Shown here piece after piece: positions 1 to 11,200 of a DNA stretch of 64,000 nt (position 1 is its first letter; every line of letters begins with the position of its first letter). Made by a program: the position numbers and the translations under genes. The notes under the pieces are model-generated. The model did not search any database, had not been told where the DNA came from, and saw only the letters and a program-made list of their open reading frames with translations. The stretch comes from Thecamonas trahens ATCC 50062 (lineage: Eukaryota > Protista > Apusomonadida). Location of the stretch: NCBI RefSeq assembly GCF_000142905.1, contig NW_013657679.1, positions 374,657-438,656 of the forward strand. The letters run 5' to 3'.

Positions 1-2923
1 GTTCGGCGCGCCGCGGCGGCGGCAGAGCGGACTCGGTCGGCTGAGGTGCCGCGAGCCGAGAGGACCCGGCCGGAGCTGCGCCCCACCGAGCTCGACGCCA
101 CGTGCCGCTGGCGGGAGCGCGAGCGGGTCCGGGCCGCCTTGCGAGGTGACCGCTGTGCCTCACGCCCGCGCGGCGACGCAAGGGCGCCGGCAATGTTCGA
201 TGATGAGAGGACGCGGACCATGTTGCCTTCGATCATGGTCGTCGCTGCCTGCGGGGAGCCTGCCGTGCCGGTGCCCGATTCGGACTCGGTTCGAGACCGG
301 ATGGCAGAGCCCGAGTTGGCGTCGAGCGCCAGAAAGTCCGAGCCCTGTTGCGGAGGGGTGCGGAGCGGGAGCTCGGGCGAGGCCAGATCGGCGTCCTCGC
401 CACCGCCGACCTGCAGTTTGTCGCGGAGTGCAGCGGCGTAGTACTCGAGAAAGCGGACCACAATGACAGCCTTGGTAACAACCTTGGGAACGGGTCGGCG
501 AGAAGAGTGAAGAGGGCGTGCCAGGTAAAGGCGACAAGCAGGACCGGATCGCCGGCTTCGGACCTGCGGTCGCCCGGCCGTGGGGTAGCGGCCGTAGCCG
601 TGGCAGAGAGAAAAGCGTCACGGACAGAGTGAGGATGCGGAATGATGCCGCGGAAGCGCAGGTCATCATCGAAGCGGAGAAGGACAACAAGACAGAGCGG
701 GACAAGCTCGTGGCGGACAAGCGACGACGAGTCGAAGAGGGCAGCGGGGAGCAGGTCCATGAGCAGATTGGCGAGCACGTTGCGCTCGTTGAAGAAGCGG
801 GTGAGGTCCGCTTCGGGCTCGTCGAGGCCCGGAATGGCGGCGAGAAACTCCTTGCGCTTGCGCGACCGGCCCGAGGCAAGCGGCGGCATGCCCTCAGTGG
901 ACGTGCGCAGGGGCAGAACGCCATCAGCCCCGAGGTAGGCGAGCGCGAGCGAGGAGACGGTCGAGCGTAGCGCGCAGACGGCAACGGCACGGATTTGCGG
1001 ATGCGGTGACGAGAGCGCCTGGAGCTGGAGAGCGCGCCAGGCGGCGAGGGTGGCGTCCAGCAAAAAGGTCGCCGGCGCAGCACCCCAGAGCTTGGCCATG
1101 GCAATGATGGCCCACTTGACAATGAGAGGCGGGACAGGTGCCGTCGAGGAAGTGACGACAAAGGCAAGGAGAGCAGCGTCGATGTTGGCGCGGGCAGCGA
1201 CAGCCTGGCCCTGCGGATGCTTGTCCACCAGGAGCGAGATGGCAAACAGCGCCATAACCGAGTCGGTGCAGGTCTTGAGTGAGGTGAGCGAGCCAGTGTC
1301 GCGAAGCTCTGTAAGGCCCGAGTGGACCATAGCTCCAAAGAACGGCAGCTTGGAGTCCTTGATGACCTGGTTGCGGAAGGTGGGGTCAAAGGCGAGGATG
1401 CGGGCCCAGATGGTGACGAGGTAGTGCGAGTGGAGCTGGTTGGCGCCAAGGAGCTGGACAAAGTACGGGCCCATGCCGACCTTGAGACCGCAGTCAACCG
1501 CCCAGTCGCCGAGGAGGAAAAATACCTGTACAAGGCGAAGGGCCTGGGCGCGGTAGCGTGCGCCGAGGATGGCGTGCAGGACGGCCGGGAGCTGAACTGG
1601 CTGGATCTTGGCGTCCGAGAGAGTGACGTCGATCTGGGCCATGCCGAGCCAGACTTCAAAGGCCTGGAGCTGCGAGTCGAAGAACGGCAGCGGCTCTGCG
1701 AGGACGGCGGCGGCCTGCGGAGAGTTTGGTCCGACGAGGGCGAGCGTGGTCAGCTTCTCGAGGAGTACGTCGACGACAAAGTCCCAAGCCATCCACATTG
1801 GGTGGTTGTGCGTGGGAGGAATGGCTGGGTACGAGACCGTGGTTCGCTTGAGCGAGTGCATGATGCGAGTAGCGAGGATAAAGTTGCGGAAGAGCGAGGC
1901 GACAGCCTCGTCCGAGGTGTACAGCCGCTGGTAGGTGGCCTTGGGGAGGACAGACCAGGCGATGCACTCGGTGACGGCACCAAAGATCCAGTGGAGCTCG
2001 CCGAGGAGGGTGGACCGCGACGAAATCTTGCCGGGGATGCGGGCAAAGAGCGTGGTGGGGTCGTCGAGGCCATCGACAAGTGTGCGCGAGGCGGCCCAGG
2101 TGAGCGCGGTCTTGAGTGGGGTGGTGAGGCATGCCGTAAAGATGTCCACAGGCAGGTGGGTGGCGTAGGGGAGAAATTCGTCGGCAGCAACGGCGCCGAT
2201 GATGATGAGGTCAAAGAGGACAACGTTGGCGAGGTTGTGCGCGTTGGAGCCCATTTCCGTGTTGCGGAGCTCGACAAGGTAGTTGACAATGCGGCCTGCG
2301 CCTGAGCAATCAAGAACAAACATGCATGGCCCGGCAAGCCAGCGGAGGATCATGGTGACAAAGACCGGGACGTACTTGGTGTAGTCCTCATTGAAGATCC
2401 AGAGCTCGCCCTTGAGCGACGGCCGGGCCACGCCGTGGCCGTTGTAGTAAAACAGGGCACGACCATCCTTGGCGTCTGCACGGAGGCGGGTGCATGCGGC
2501 CTCAAGCGCCGCGCCACACGGGTCGAGTGCAGGCTGGAACACCATGGATGCCTGGAGCGAGCGGAACTGGCGGGCGAGGCCTGCGCCGACGGCGTCAACA
2601 GCCTGCTCGGGCGTGGGGAAGAGGGTGGGGTCGAGCCAGGCCTCGAGGGTGGAGGCCCGGGCCGGAACAGTCACGTCAGGCGGTGGAACACCAACATTGA
2701 GACAGACAGCCAGCAGGGCATGGTGTGTCCTCCGTCGTGAGGCCCGGCGCCAGAGTGCTCGGAGCTTTCTGTCTGCTTCTGCTTGGGCTTTGTTCTCGGT
2801 GTATGTCAGGGCGGCTCCATACACGTCAGCCCATGCATGCCACCATGGCTCTCCCGGAGGCTCACTCTCTACACTCCGCCGAGGCCGTGACTCTGTCCGC
2901 CGCGCATGGCTGGGGGTGAACAT
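1..2923 (-). CDS. RPTOR: Raptor/KOG1-like TORC1 scaffold (RNC caspase-like domain + HEAT repeats); 3'-partial, apparent -1 frameshift near 487
   Basis: Motifs CLNVGVPPPD, LFYYNGHGV, GELWIFNEDYTKYVP, FVLDCSGAG, DIFTACLTTPL, LGELHWIFGAVTECIAW, SLFRNFILA, QLPAVLHAIL. Start chosen at ATG 2923 (MFTPSH). After DPFP (~487) a different frame stays open to the window edge. Confidence 0.9.
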
Positions 2924-3307
2924 CACGCCGCAGGAGTGAGGTACTGTGAAGGGAGGGGTGTGGGTGGGGTGCGGTGGGGTGGGCGGTGGCGGCGTCCTGT
3001 CGCGGTCGTTTGATCGGTGCCGCAGTGCAGTCGCGGCCGGTGCGGCGGAAGAGCGGCAGCTGACAACAGTATCAATTTGTGGCGTTTGGTCCTTGCAGGC
3101 GACGCAACTTGAGATGGGGGGGGGACCAGAGTTGGCAGTGATGAGGGTGGGGGTGGGGGGGGGATGCAGCAGAGTGAATCCGGCTTGAATATTGGTTAGC
3201 CACGGCGGGAACCGCGACAGTGCGGCGGGTGCCGCCGGATCGGCGGGCAGACTGGCTGGCAAAGCGGGTCGATTCGCCAGATGATCGACGCATGGCTTGG
3301 ATGAGCA

Positions 3308-4123
3308 TCACAATTGTGCGGGGCGGGGCGTGGCGGCGGCAATGTAGTTGATAGAGAGATGGTCTGGGTGGAGGGTGAAGGCCCGCTCAATCGGATCAGG
3401 AATCATGCCGGCGATGAGGCCAAGGTCGAGGCCAGCGGCGTCAAAGTGAGCCTCGAGCTCGTCGGGAGTGAGGAACGCGTTCCAGTCATGGGTGCCCTCT
3501 GGGAGGATGCGGCAGACGCGCTCGGCGCCGACAATCGCGGTAGCGTAGGAGAGCGCGGTGCGATTGAGGGTGGAGATGACGAGCGTGCCGGAGGGTGCGA
3601 CAAGCGAGGCGAGCGAGGAGACGAATAGCGGGACGTCGGCCACGTGCTCGATGACTTCCGAGGCGACGACGACATCAAAGAGCTGATCAGGGTACTTGGC
3701 AACATGATCCTCGGCGGCAATGGCCTCGTACTCGAGCGACCCGATGCCCGAGCCGACAGCCATGGTGGAGCTGGCATGAGCTCGAGCGGCGTCGACGTTG
3801 GCCTGCGAGATGTCGATGCCCTTGACGGAGCCAAAGCCGAGTCGGGCAAGCGGCTCGGCCAGAACACCACCACCGCATCCGACGTCAAGCACACGGGCAC
3901 TGGCATGATTTGGAGCAAGGCCGGCGTTGGCCTGGGCAGAAGCATAGGCGAGGGCGATGAACTTGACCCGGGCCGGGTTGAGCGCGTGGAGCGCCGCCGC
4001 CGGCGAGTCGGCCGACCACCACGACGGCGCCAGGGCCGCAAACTTGGCCTGTTCTGCCGGGTTGATGGTCGACGCCCACCGACGGGCCTGGTTCCATGCA
4101 ACGCGTTGTATGGAGGCGAGCAT
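3308..4123 (-). CDS. COQ3: Ubiquinone biosynthesis O-methyltransferase (Coq3/UbiG), mitochondrial
   Basis: KFAALAPSWW, LHALNPARV, VLDVGCGGG SAM motif, SEVIEHV, STLNRT, LPEGTHDW; N-terminal presequence-like MLASIQRVAWNQARRW. Confidence 0.93.
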   Translation of the reverse strand: MLASIQRVAWNQARRWASTINPAEQAKFAALAPSWWSADSPAAALHALNPARVKFIALAYASAQANAGLAPNHASARVLDVGCGGGVLAEPLARLGFGSVKGIDISQANVDAARAHASSTMAVGSGIGSLEYEAIAAEDHVAKYPDQLFDVVVASEVIEHVADVPLFVSSLASLVAPSGTLVISTLNRTALSYATAIVGAERVCRILPEGTHDWNAFLTPDELEAHFDAAGLDLGLIAGMIPDPIERAFTLHPDHLSINYIAAATPRPAQL

Positions 4124-4671
4124 GGCAAAGTAGGTGGGTGTGTGAGTTGGTGTGGGTGGGGTGGTGAGGTGCTCAGCTCGAGGTAGCTGTCGCGTCAGCC
4201 GAAGCTTGTCATGTCACCTAGCGGGCTCGATTCGGACCTGGCTGGGGACATGGTAGCGGAATACAGCGGATCGGATCCGTGGTGGTGCTTGACACACACG
4301 AGCCATGGTAGTCCTGTCATCAACGAGACGCTCATCAACAGATGCTGGCATCATGTTGATACCTGCACCTGCCCCCCTCAGGGCCTACCTTGGCCAGGTA
4401 CAGCCGAGGCAGGCCCAGGGCGGCTCAAGTAGCGATCGAGCCATGGATCGAGCAACTGGCCATGCATTAGCGTGGCTTGCAATGCGTTGGCGTGGCTAGC
4501 CATGCTCTGGCGTGGTCGTCTCATGTTGATCGAGGCTGATCTTTGGGGCGGGGGAGAGGAGGGGGGATCGCACGTGCGTCGTGGTCCACCCCCCGCACGG
4601 AGCCTGCGACACGGCCCTACACCCAACTGGTTGACTCTCAAGTCTCTCTCACTTGCCCTGGCAATCTTAGT

Positions 4672-7275
4672 ATGAACGGGCGAGAGCGTAGGGGAGAAGG
4701 TGGACGTGTCGGGGCGCATGAGAGGACGCCGCTGGTGGCGAGGGCGGGCGCGAGCGAGCGTGTCGGGGCGACCTTGTGGCAGCAAAGCATGGCGTATGCA
4801 CGCAAGCTGGCGAGTGGAACCTCGCGCAAGCGTGTCTCGACCATCTTTGCTATTGTAGTGCCGTTGCTAGTGGTGACTACGATCGGCTTGCTCCAGTTGC
4901 TGCTGGACAAGGAGCTGGTGATGGGGCCGGCCAAAGGCACTCTGGCCGGCGACTCCTTTGACGCCTCCCACTCGATGTCGAACGCCTTTGGCTACCAGAA
5001 CAACTGGCTTGTCGAGCCCGAGCCTGGCATGGCAGATATCGATGTCGGCTGGCGGAACTGGACTGGAGACGGCAGCGGGATGATGGCTAGAGTTCCATCG
5101 GCAAGTTTCACAGGGTGGATCCCGGGCACCACGCTCGTTGTGCCGTCGTTCACGCGCTTTGAGCCCGGCGTCGACATCAACGCTGCGCTGCTTGCCGCTC
5201 AGGCCGAGGCCTCAGCGCACTTTGGCGTAGACTCGACCTCGTCGGCAGGCGCGGCCGCGCTGACCGAGATCATGCCCGAGGGCGTCATCCACATGCAGCG
5301 CGTTAACGCCTCGGCCCGCGAGATGCAGATTGTCCTTCAGTACTCGCGTTCTTCTGCGCTCGAAAACGCAGAATGGGCGTATCTTGTGTTCAACTTTGAT
5401 CCATCGGCTGAGTACGCCCGATGGCTGACATACCTGCCGGCGGCGATGCTGGACTTTCTAGGCCTGGACTACGCGTTGGAGGTCACCACCGGCGAGCTTC
5501 CGTACATCGCTCTTGGCCTCCCGTTTGACCTTTCGCTCGTCATCTCTGGCTTTCTCTTTCCGCTTGCACTCACTGTCCTTGTCCCGTCATTTGTGTACGC
5601 CGCCGTGGCAGTCAAGGCCTCGCGCGAGCGCGAGCTGATGCGGATGAACGGGCTCTCGCTGGGTGCGTACTGGGGCGTCACTGCAGCCTTCAACCTGGGG
5701 ATGCAGCTTGCAGCGTCGGCCGTGTTTCTTATCTCATCGCTCTGCTTCCAACTGCGGTTCTTTACCGAGACCTCACCGCTGGTCTACCTCGCATTGGTGC
5801 TGGTGTGGAGCCTGGCGGGCGTGGCGTTTTCACTGGTCTGCTCTGTCCCGTTCTCCAAGCCGCGGCTGGCGGTGCTTGTCATCTACGGGCTCGTCCTCGC
5901 TTCGGTGCTCACGGCGTCGAATCTTAACGCGTTTGTGTGGTCCAACAGCCGGGCGCCGGTGTGGTTCCTCCTCTGGCCACCGTTTGCGCTCACCCGGACC
6001 ATCTACTTGATCGCCAACGGCGTGCTCCAGGGCGACGCGCTCGTGGCCAGTGCGCTCTCGCCGGGTCATGAGTTTGGACTCTGTTGCCTGCTGCTGACGC
6101 TAGAGGCGGCGCTGATGAGCGCCGCGGCGCCGTATCTCGACACGGTCATCCCGCAGGCCTTTGGCGTCGCTCGGCCGCTGCTCTGGCCGTGCATGCGTGA
6201 CAACCGAGTCGATGGCGGATGGAGCAGCGGCACCGAGCCGTACCCAGATGACGACGCGCGTGAAATGGGGCTGGACGTGGCGGCCGAGGCTGAGCGGGCG
6301 GCAGGCGGGCTGACAAGTGCAGCAGGCTCGCCGGCTGTGGCGGTGGTCAATCTCAACAAGCTGTTTGGCAAGCACCATGCAGTGCGCAATCTTTGCCTTG
6401 CCATCGACGAGGGCGAGTGCTTTGGCCTCCTCGGGCCCAACGGTGCGGGCAAGTCGACCACCATCGGCATGCTCACTGGCCTGCTTCCGGCGAGCTCTGG
6501 ACGAGCAGTGATGTATGGGCATGATCTGGCGAGTGAGCTCGCCGAGATTCGCAGCCTCCTCGGCGTCTGTCCGCAGCACGACATCCTCGACCCGCTGCTG
6601 ACCGTCCGCGAGACCGCAATCTTTTACGCCCGGCTCAAGGGCCTCGCCCCTGACGCCGCCAACACGGCTGTTGCCGATTTGCTCGCGCAATGCGGGCTGG
6701 AGGAGGCTAGTGGGAAGCTGACGCCACAGCTTTCCGGTGGAATGCGGCGACGGCTCTCGATCTTGATTGCGCTCGTTGGCGGCGCGCGCGTCGTTTTTCT
6801 CGACGAGCCCACCACAGGGCTCGGCGTCGAGGAGCGGCGGGCAATCTGGGCCATTGTGGCCGAGGCCCGCCGTGGGCGGGTCATTGTCCTCACCACCCAC
6901 TCGATGGAGGAAGCCGATGTGCTCTGCTCGCGGATCGGGATTGTGTCGCGTGGGCGCCTGCAGTGCGTTGGAACGCAGGCCGAGCTCAAGCGGCGGTACG
7001 GCGCCGGATACCGTCTCGTGCTCAAGGTTGCCGTACATGCAGTTGACCATGTCGTCGCTGCCGTTCAGGAGGAGCTGGAGAGCGCGCGCGTCCTCAATAG
7101 GTTTAAGGGCACCGTCACGCTCTCGGTCGAAGGCGTGGCTGTATCGGGCCTGTTTGCCGTCATGGAGGATATCAAGACGAGGCTGGGCGGCCTTGTCCAT
7201 GACTACTCTGTATCTGGCACGTCACTGGAGGAGGTCTTTGTCTCGATTGTGCGCGCGGACGAAGGGCAAGTGTAG
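4672..7275 (+). CDS. ABC transporter subfamily A, half-size (TMD + one NBD)
   Basis: Walker A GPNGAGKST, GVCPQHD, LSGGMRRRL signature, FLDEPTTG, LTTHSMEEAD, LKRRYGAGY, SLEEVF; about 6 hydrophobic segments upstream. Confidence 0.92.
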   Translation: MNGRERRGEGGRVGAHERTPLVARAGASERVGATLWQQSMAYARKLASGTSRKRVSTIFAIVVPLLVVTTIGLLQLLLDKELVMGPAKGTLAGDSFDASHSMSNAFGYQNNWLVEPEPGMADIDVGWRNWTGDGSGMMARVPSASFTGWIPGTTLVVPSFTRFEPGVDINAALLAAQAEASAHFGVDSTSSAGAAALTEIMPEGVIHMQRVNASAREMQIVLQYSRSSALENAEWAYLVFNFDPSAEYARWLTYLPAAMLDFLGLDYALEVTTGELPYIALGLPFDLSLVISGFLFPLALTVLVPSFVYAAVAVKASRERELMRMNGLSLGAYWGVTAAFNLGMQLAASAVFLISSLCFQLRFFTETSPLVYLALVLVWSLAGVAFSLVCSVPFSKPRLAVLVIYGLVLASVLTASNLNAFVWSNSRAPVWFLLWPPFALTRTIYLIANGVLQGDALVASALSPGHEFGLCCLLLTLEAALMSAAAPYLDTVIPQAFGVARPLLWPCMRDNRVDGGWSSGTEPYPDDDAREMGLDVAAEAERAAGGLTSAAGSPAVAVVNLNKLFGKHHAVRNLCLAIDEGECFGLLGPNGAGKSTTIGMLTGLLPASSGRAVMYGHDLASELAEIRSLLGVCPQHDILDPLLTVRETAIFYARLKGLAPDAANTAVADLLAQCGLEEASGKLTPQLSGGMRRRLSILIALVGGARVVFLDEPTTGLGVEERRAIWAIVAEARRGRVIVLTTHSMEEADVLCSRIGIVSRGRLQCVGTQAELKRRYGAGYRLVLKVAVHAVDHVVAAVQEELESARVLNRFKGTVTLSVEGVAVSGLFAVMEDIKTRLGGLVHDYSVSGTSLEEVFVSIVRADEGQV

Positions 7276-7336
7276 GCTCGTAACTTTGTGTTGGATGTGT
7301 GCCTTTATCACGTGATGTGTGGCTAGTGCTGGCCGA

Positions 7337-7834
7337 CTACGCCTCGTCATCGTCGTTGCTGGCCTGCGCGCGCTTGAGTTCCTTGATGGTGGTGAGGAGG
7401 ATGCCCATCTCCTTGAACAGGATCTGGGTAAAGGTGCGAACGGTCGATGTAAACTCCATAAAGTCCTTCTTCGACTTGAGCTTGCCGGGCTCGAGCGCGT
7501 TAAGCACGCCCGCAATGATCTCGGCCTTGGACGGCTCGGTCGAGTCGGGCTCACCGGCTGCCGGGAATGAGGCCTTGAGCGTCTCAAGCTCAGCGACGAG
7601 CGCATCGAGCTCGGCCTGCTTCTTGGTCAGCGTCTTTTCCAGCAGTTCTGCGCGGCCAGCCTGGTCTGGATCGGCCGATGCCTTACGCAGCGAGATGCGG
7701 GCCTTCATGACGCCCTGCACCGGGTTCGACAGCCCCGCCAAGGTCTTCTTCAGCGCAGTCTCGGCAGCACGCAGCGCCGTCAGCCTCTCCACGTCGGTCC
7801 CGTACACGTCAGTCACCTCGTTGCCTGCAGACAT
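7337..7834 (-). CDS. Hypothetical helical/coiled-coil protein (165 aa)
   Basis: ATG after a CA-rich leader, GC3-biased codons, heptad-like composition; family not recognised. Confidence 0.7.
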   Translation of the reverse strand: MSAGNEVTDVYGTDVERLTALRAAETALKKTLAGLSNPVQGVMKARISLRKASADPDQAGRAELLEKTLTKKQAELDALVAELETLKASFPAAGEPDSTEPSKAEIIAGVLNALEPGKLKSKKDFMEFTSTVRTFTQILFKEMGILLTTIKELKRAQASNDDDEA

Positions 7835-8271
7835 GATATGAGTGTGAGAAGGGTGGGTGTGGAAGCCGGGCCTGAGGGTGGGTGGGTGGGTGGGGACCCT
7901 GGCTCGCAACGCAGCGAGTCACTCGCCTTGGTCGCCTTACTCGGCATGACGGCAGGGTTCGCCGTGGTGTCGGTACGGAGCCGCTTTTTGGCGCCGCCGA
8001 GCTTTGGCGCCTTTTTTTGGAGGAAGCGACGGACACCAGTTTGGCGCCGACCGGCAGCCGGGCGGCCACCGGCCAGGTTAGCCGACTGGGTCGGGCGAAT
8101 GGAAACGGGGAGCAAGAGAACAGGGGGGGGGGGGGGAGGGGTAGGGGTAGTGGTGGTGGCGGTGACGGGAAAGCCACTCCACTCTACGGTTCACGGCCAC
8201 CTCCAGTCCACTCCAGTCCCGTAGCCTTTCCTCCCACACACGGTAGCTTTCACTTGGTGCGCTGGGTGGTC

Positions 8272-11200
8272 ATGCCGGCCAAGCTCGAGACCTTGCTGTA
8301 CTGGGTCTCCACTCTGCCGCTGCCGTCGACCTTGCTGGTGACGTCGGCAGACGACCTGGCGGATGGTGTGGTAGTCCATGACTTGGCGGACATCATCGGG
8401 CTATGTGCGAGGGCCACACGTCCGCTGGAGCCCGATGAGGCCGCCGCGCAGGTGGCCGCCGCCTCGCCGGCCCTCGACCCCGGGTTTAGATCGTCGCTGG
8501 CGTTCTGGAAGGAGGCGCTCGCCACGCTCGCACGCGGCGTCTCGCGTGCAGAGCTGGATAGCAACTACTACAATGCCGCTCGTTGCGCTGGTGCTGACGA
8601 GCTCGCACTGGCATATGTCCTGGATCTGGCAAGAATCCGGATGGCTAAGCTCGGCATCGATGCTGAGTCGATGGGGAATCCGCTGGCGTCGGCGTCGGTG
8701 GTCTCAGATGCCGCCGCCAATGCTGCTGCTGCTGCCGAAGCGCTGGCCCGCTCGGTGCGCTCAGAGCCGGTGGCGGCGGTCACTGAGGCCGACTCGAGTC
8801 CAGCACCCAATCCAGCGCTGTCCAAGGCTGAGGACGAGCTCGCCTCGATGTTTGCTTCGCTCTCGCGCTACCGGCGAACGCCGCTTTGTCCGCCGCCGTC
8901 GTGGGATTTGGATGGTATTGATCCAAGCTCGGGCCAGTTTTACATGCCAGCTGCGCTTGAGTTTGACCTGGACGCTGAGCCTGGAAAGACCAAGGTGACC
9001 CGGCGAGGGACGAGCATCCCGCGGCCGTCGCAGGTTGCGCCGCGGTCGTCGGTCGAGGCTGCAGCAGTTGCAGGCGACAACTCGAGCGAGCGATGTGCGG
9101 ACTCGCGGAAAGCTACCGTTGCGCAGAAGCAGAAGCAGAAGCAGAAGCAGAAGCAGAAGCAGCAGCGGCCGCCGCCACGTCACCAGACTTCGCGTCGCAA
9201 GGCGTCGCGCAAGGCGTCCCCCGCCCGCAAGACGTCGTGCAAAGAGGCTGAGCGTGGGCGCAAGACGGCAAGCAAGAAGAACAAAGTGACGTCCCGGCCT
9301 CGCGTCGAAGTGTCGACGGATCCAGGGCTCTCGCAACGGCGGGTTGCAGACATCTGCACGTGGTTGTTCATGGTCGGCGTGCCTCTGGACGAGGTCTCGA
9401 ACAGCGAGACGCCACCGCAGGCGCTGAGGACAGGTGCGCCATCGTGGGCAGTCATCGAGCATTGGCTCACCACCGTAGGCTCGAAGGCTGGCGCTGTGGC
9501 CGCGTCGCTCGCCGACGGCGTGCTTCTGTGTAAGCTTGTCGAGCGAGTCGGGGTCCAGTCGCGGCGCGGCATTGCCGGCGTGGCTGAGCGGCCACGGTCG
9601 CTTGCGGCGCGGCGGGCCAACTTTAAGCGCGCGCTCGGGGCGCTCAAGGACACGAAGGGCTTGCCGCCGGCACTGCTGTTTGCCGACGACGCGCTAGCTG
9701 CCGGCGACGTGGGTCAGCTGTTTGCGCTGCTCGACGCGCTCTTTGAGGCCTTTGGCGGTGCGCGCGAGGTTGATCTCGCACGGGCGTCATCGCGGGCTGT
9801 GCGCAAGCCGCGGCGGTCGGCCAAGCGGAGCTCGTCACGGCGCGAGGCTGGCGAGCCACAGCCGCGGCCCGAGCCGCAGCCCCAGCCGCAGCCGCGACGA
9901 GTCCGGCCAGTCTCGCGCTCGCCACGGACGCCGCGAGCCACGAGTCGGCGCCATGCCGCCGATCCTGCAAGTACAGTGGATCCGGCGCCGCAACCACCGG
10001 CCCAGCGCCCGCTGTCGTCGTCGCGCAAGCCTGCTGGACGCCGGGCGCGACCGAAGCGTGTAAGTAAGGCAGTCCAAAGCGTGTCGCCAGATCCGCTCCC
10101 AGCGGCGACGCCGCCACCCAAGCCCGAGCCCGAGCCTGGGCTTGAAGCAGGACTCTCGCCAGCGTCTACACTCACGGCAGCACTGCCGTCACCAGAGCCC
10201 GAGTTGGGAAGTCGTGGACAGGTCCGTGGCCTTTTGGCGCGTGACGCGGTGACGCTGGAATGGATTCGCGACGTTGGCGGCCTACTCGACGACCAGCTGC
10301 GAGCAAGAGATGACGACGTGCTCAACTCGCCGCTGCGCAACGGGGTGACGCTTTGTTCGCTCTTGCTCGCGCTGGGGCTCGCGCCAGTCTCATACGTGGT
10401 CGCACCCAAGAGTCTGGAGGAGGCGTGGACCAATTGGGAGCGTGGCCTTGCTGTGCTCCGGGCGCGGACTGACGTCGACCCGCGGTATTTGTGGGCGACA
10501 GAGGAGTTTATCACCGGCGACGAGGCGCTGCTCTTTGGCCTTTTCAATGAGCTCCGGCGGGTATTTGGCGGCTCGGCCCAAGCTAGCAGCAGCGAAAGTG
10601 GGTGGATCCGCGGCGAGCAGTCGCCGCGGCTTCGGTCGCGTGCGGCAGCCAGCGCGCGCCAGCTTTTGCAGTGGATCCGAGCGCTTGGCTGCATCGACTC
10701 GACTGTTCCGCTCAACTCGCTCGGTGAGGCTTATCTCATCAGCGAGGCGTCGCGCGGCACTCTGCTCTGCGATCTGGTCGGTGTGGTGCTGGGGATCGAG
10801 CTGCGCGGAGTGATGCGGCACCCACGGACGCTCACGTCTCAGGTGAGCAACGTCCGGCTCGCGCTCGAGGCGCTGCGGACGGTGACCGACTTTCCGCACG
10901 CGTATCTCTCGTGTGAGACCGAGATCGGGTCTGGCGACGCTGTTGCCATTTTTGGTCTCCTTCGGCACATGTACGACACGTTTGGCGGGCAGGCGAGCGA
11001 GATGGCGCAGGCGACCGAGGCTACTGAGGCACCGTCGCCAGCGCGTGACCTGCCTTTGTCGCCCAAGCGTGGCTCGCCGGGGCGAAGCACGGCAACCGAC
11101 GCCGACCTTACTCGCGAGCTCCTCGACTGGCTGCACAAGCTCGGGTTCGGCGGACTCTCTTCAAACGACCTCGCGCCGGCGAGCCTGCGCCCGCTCTTCT

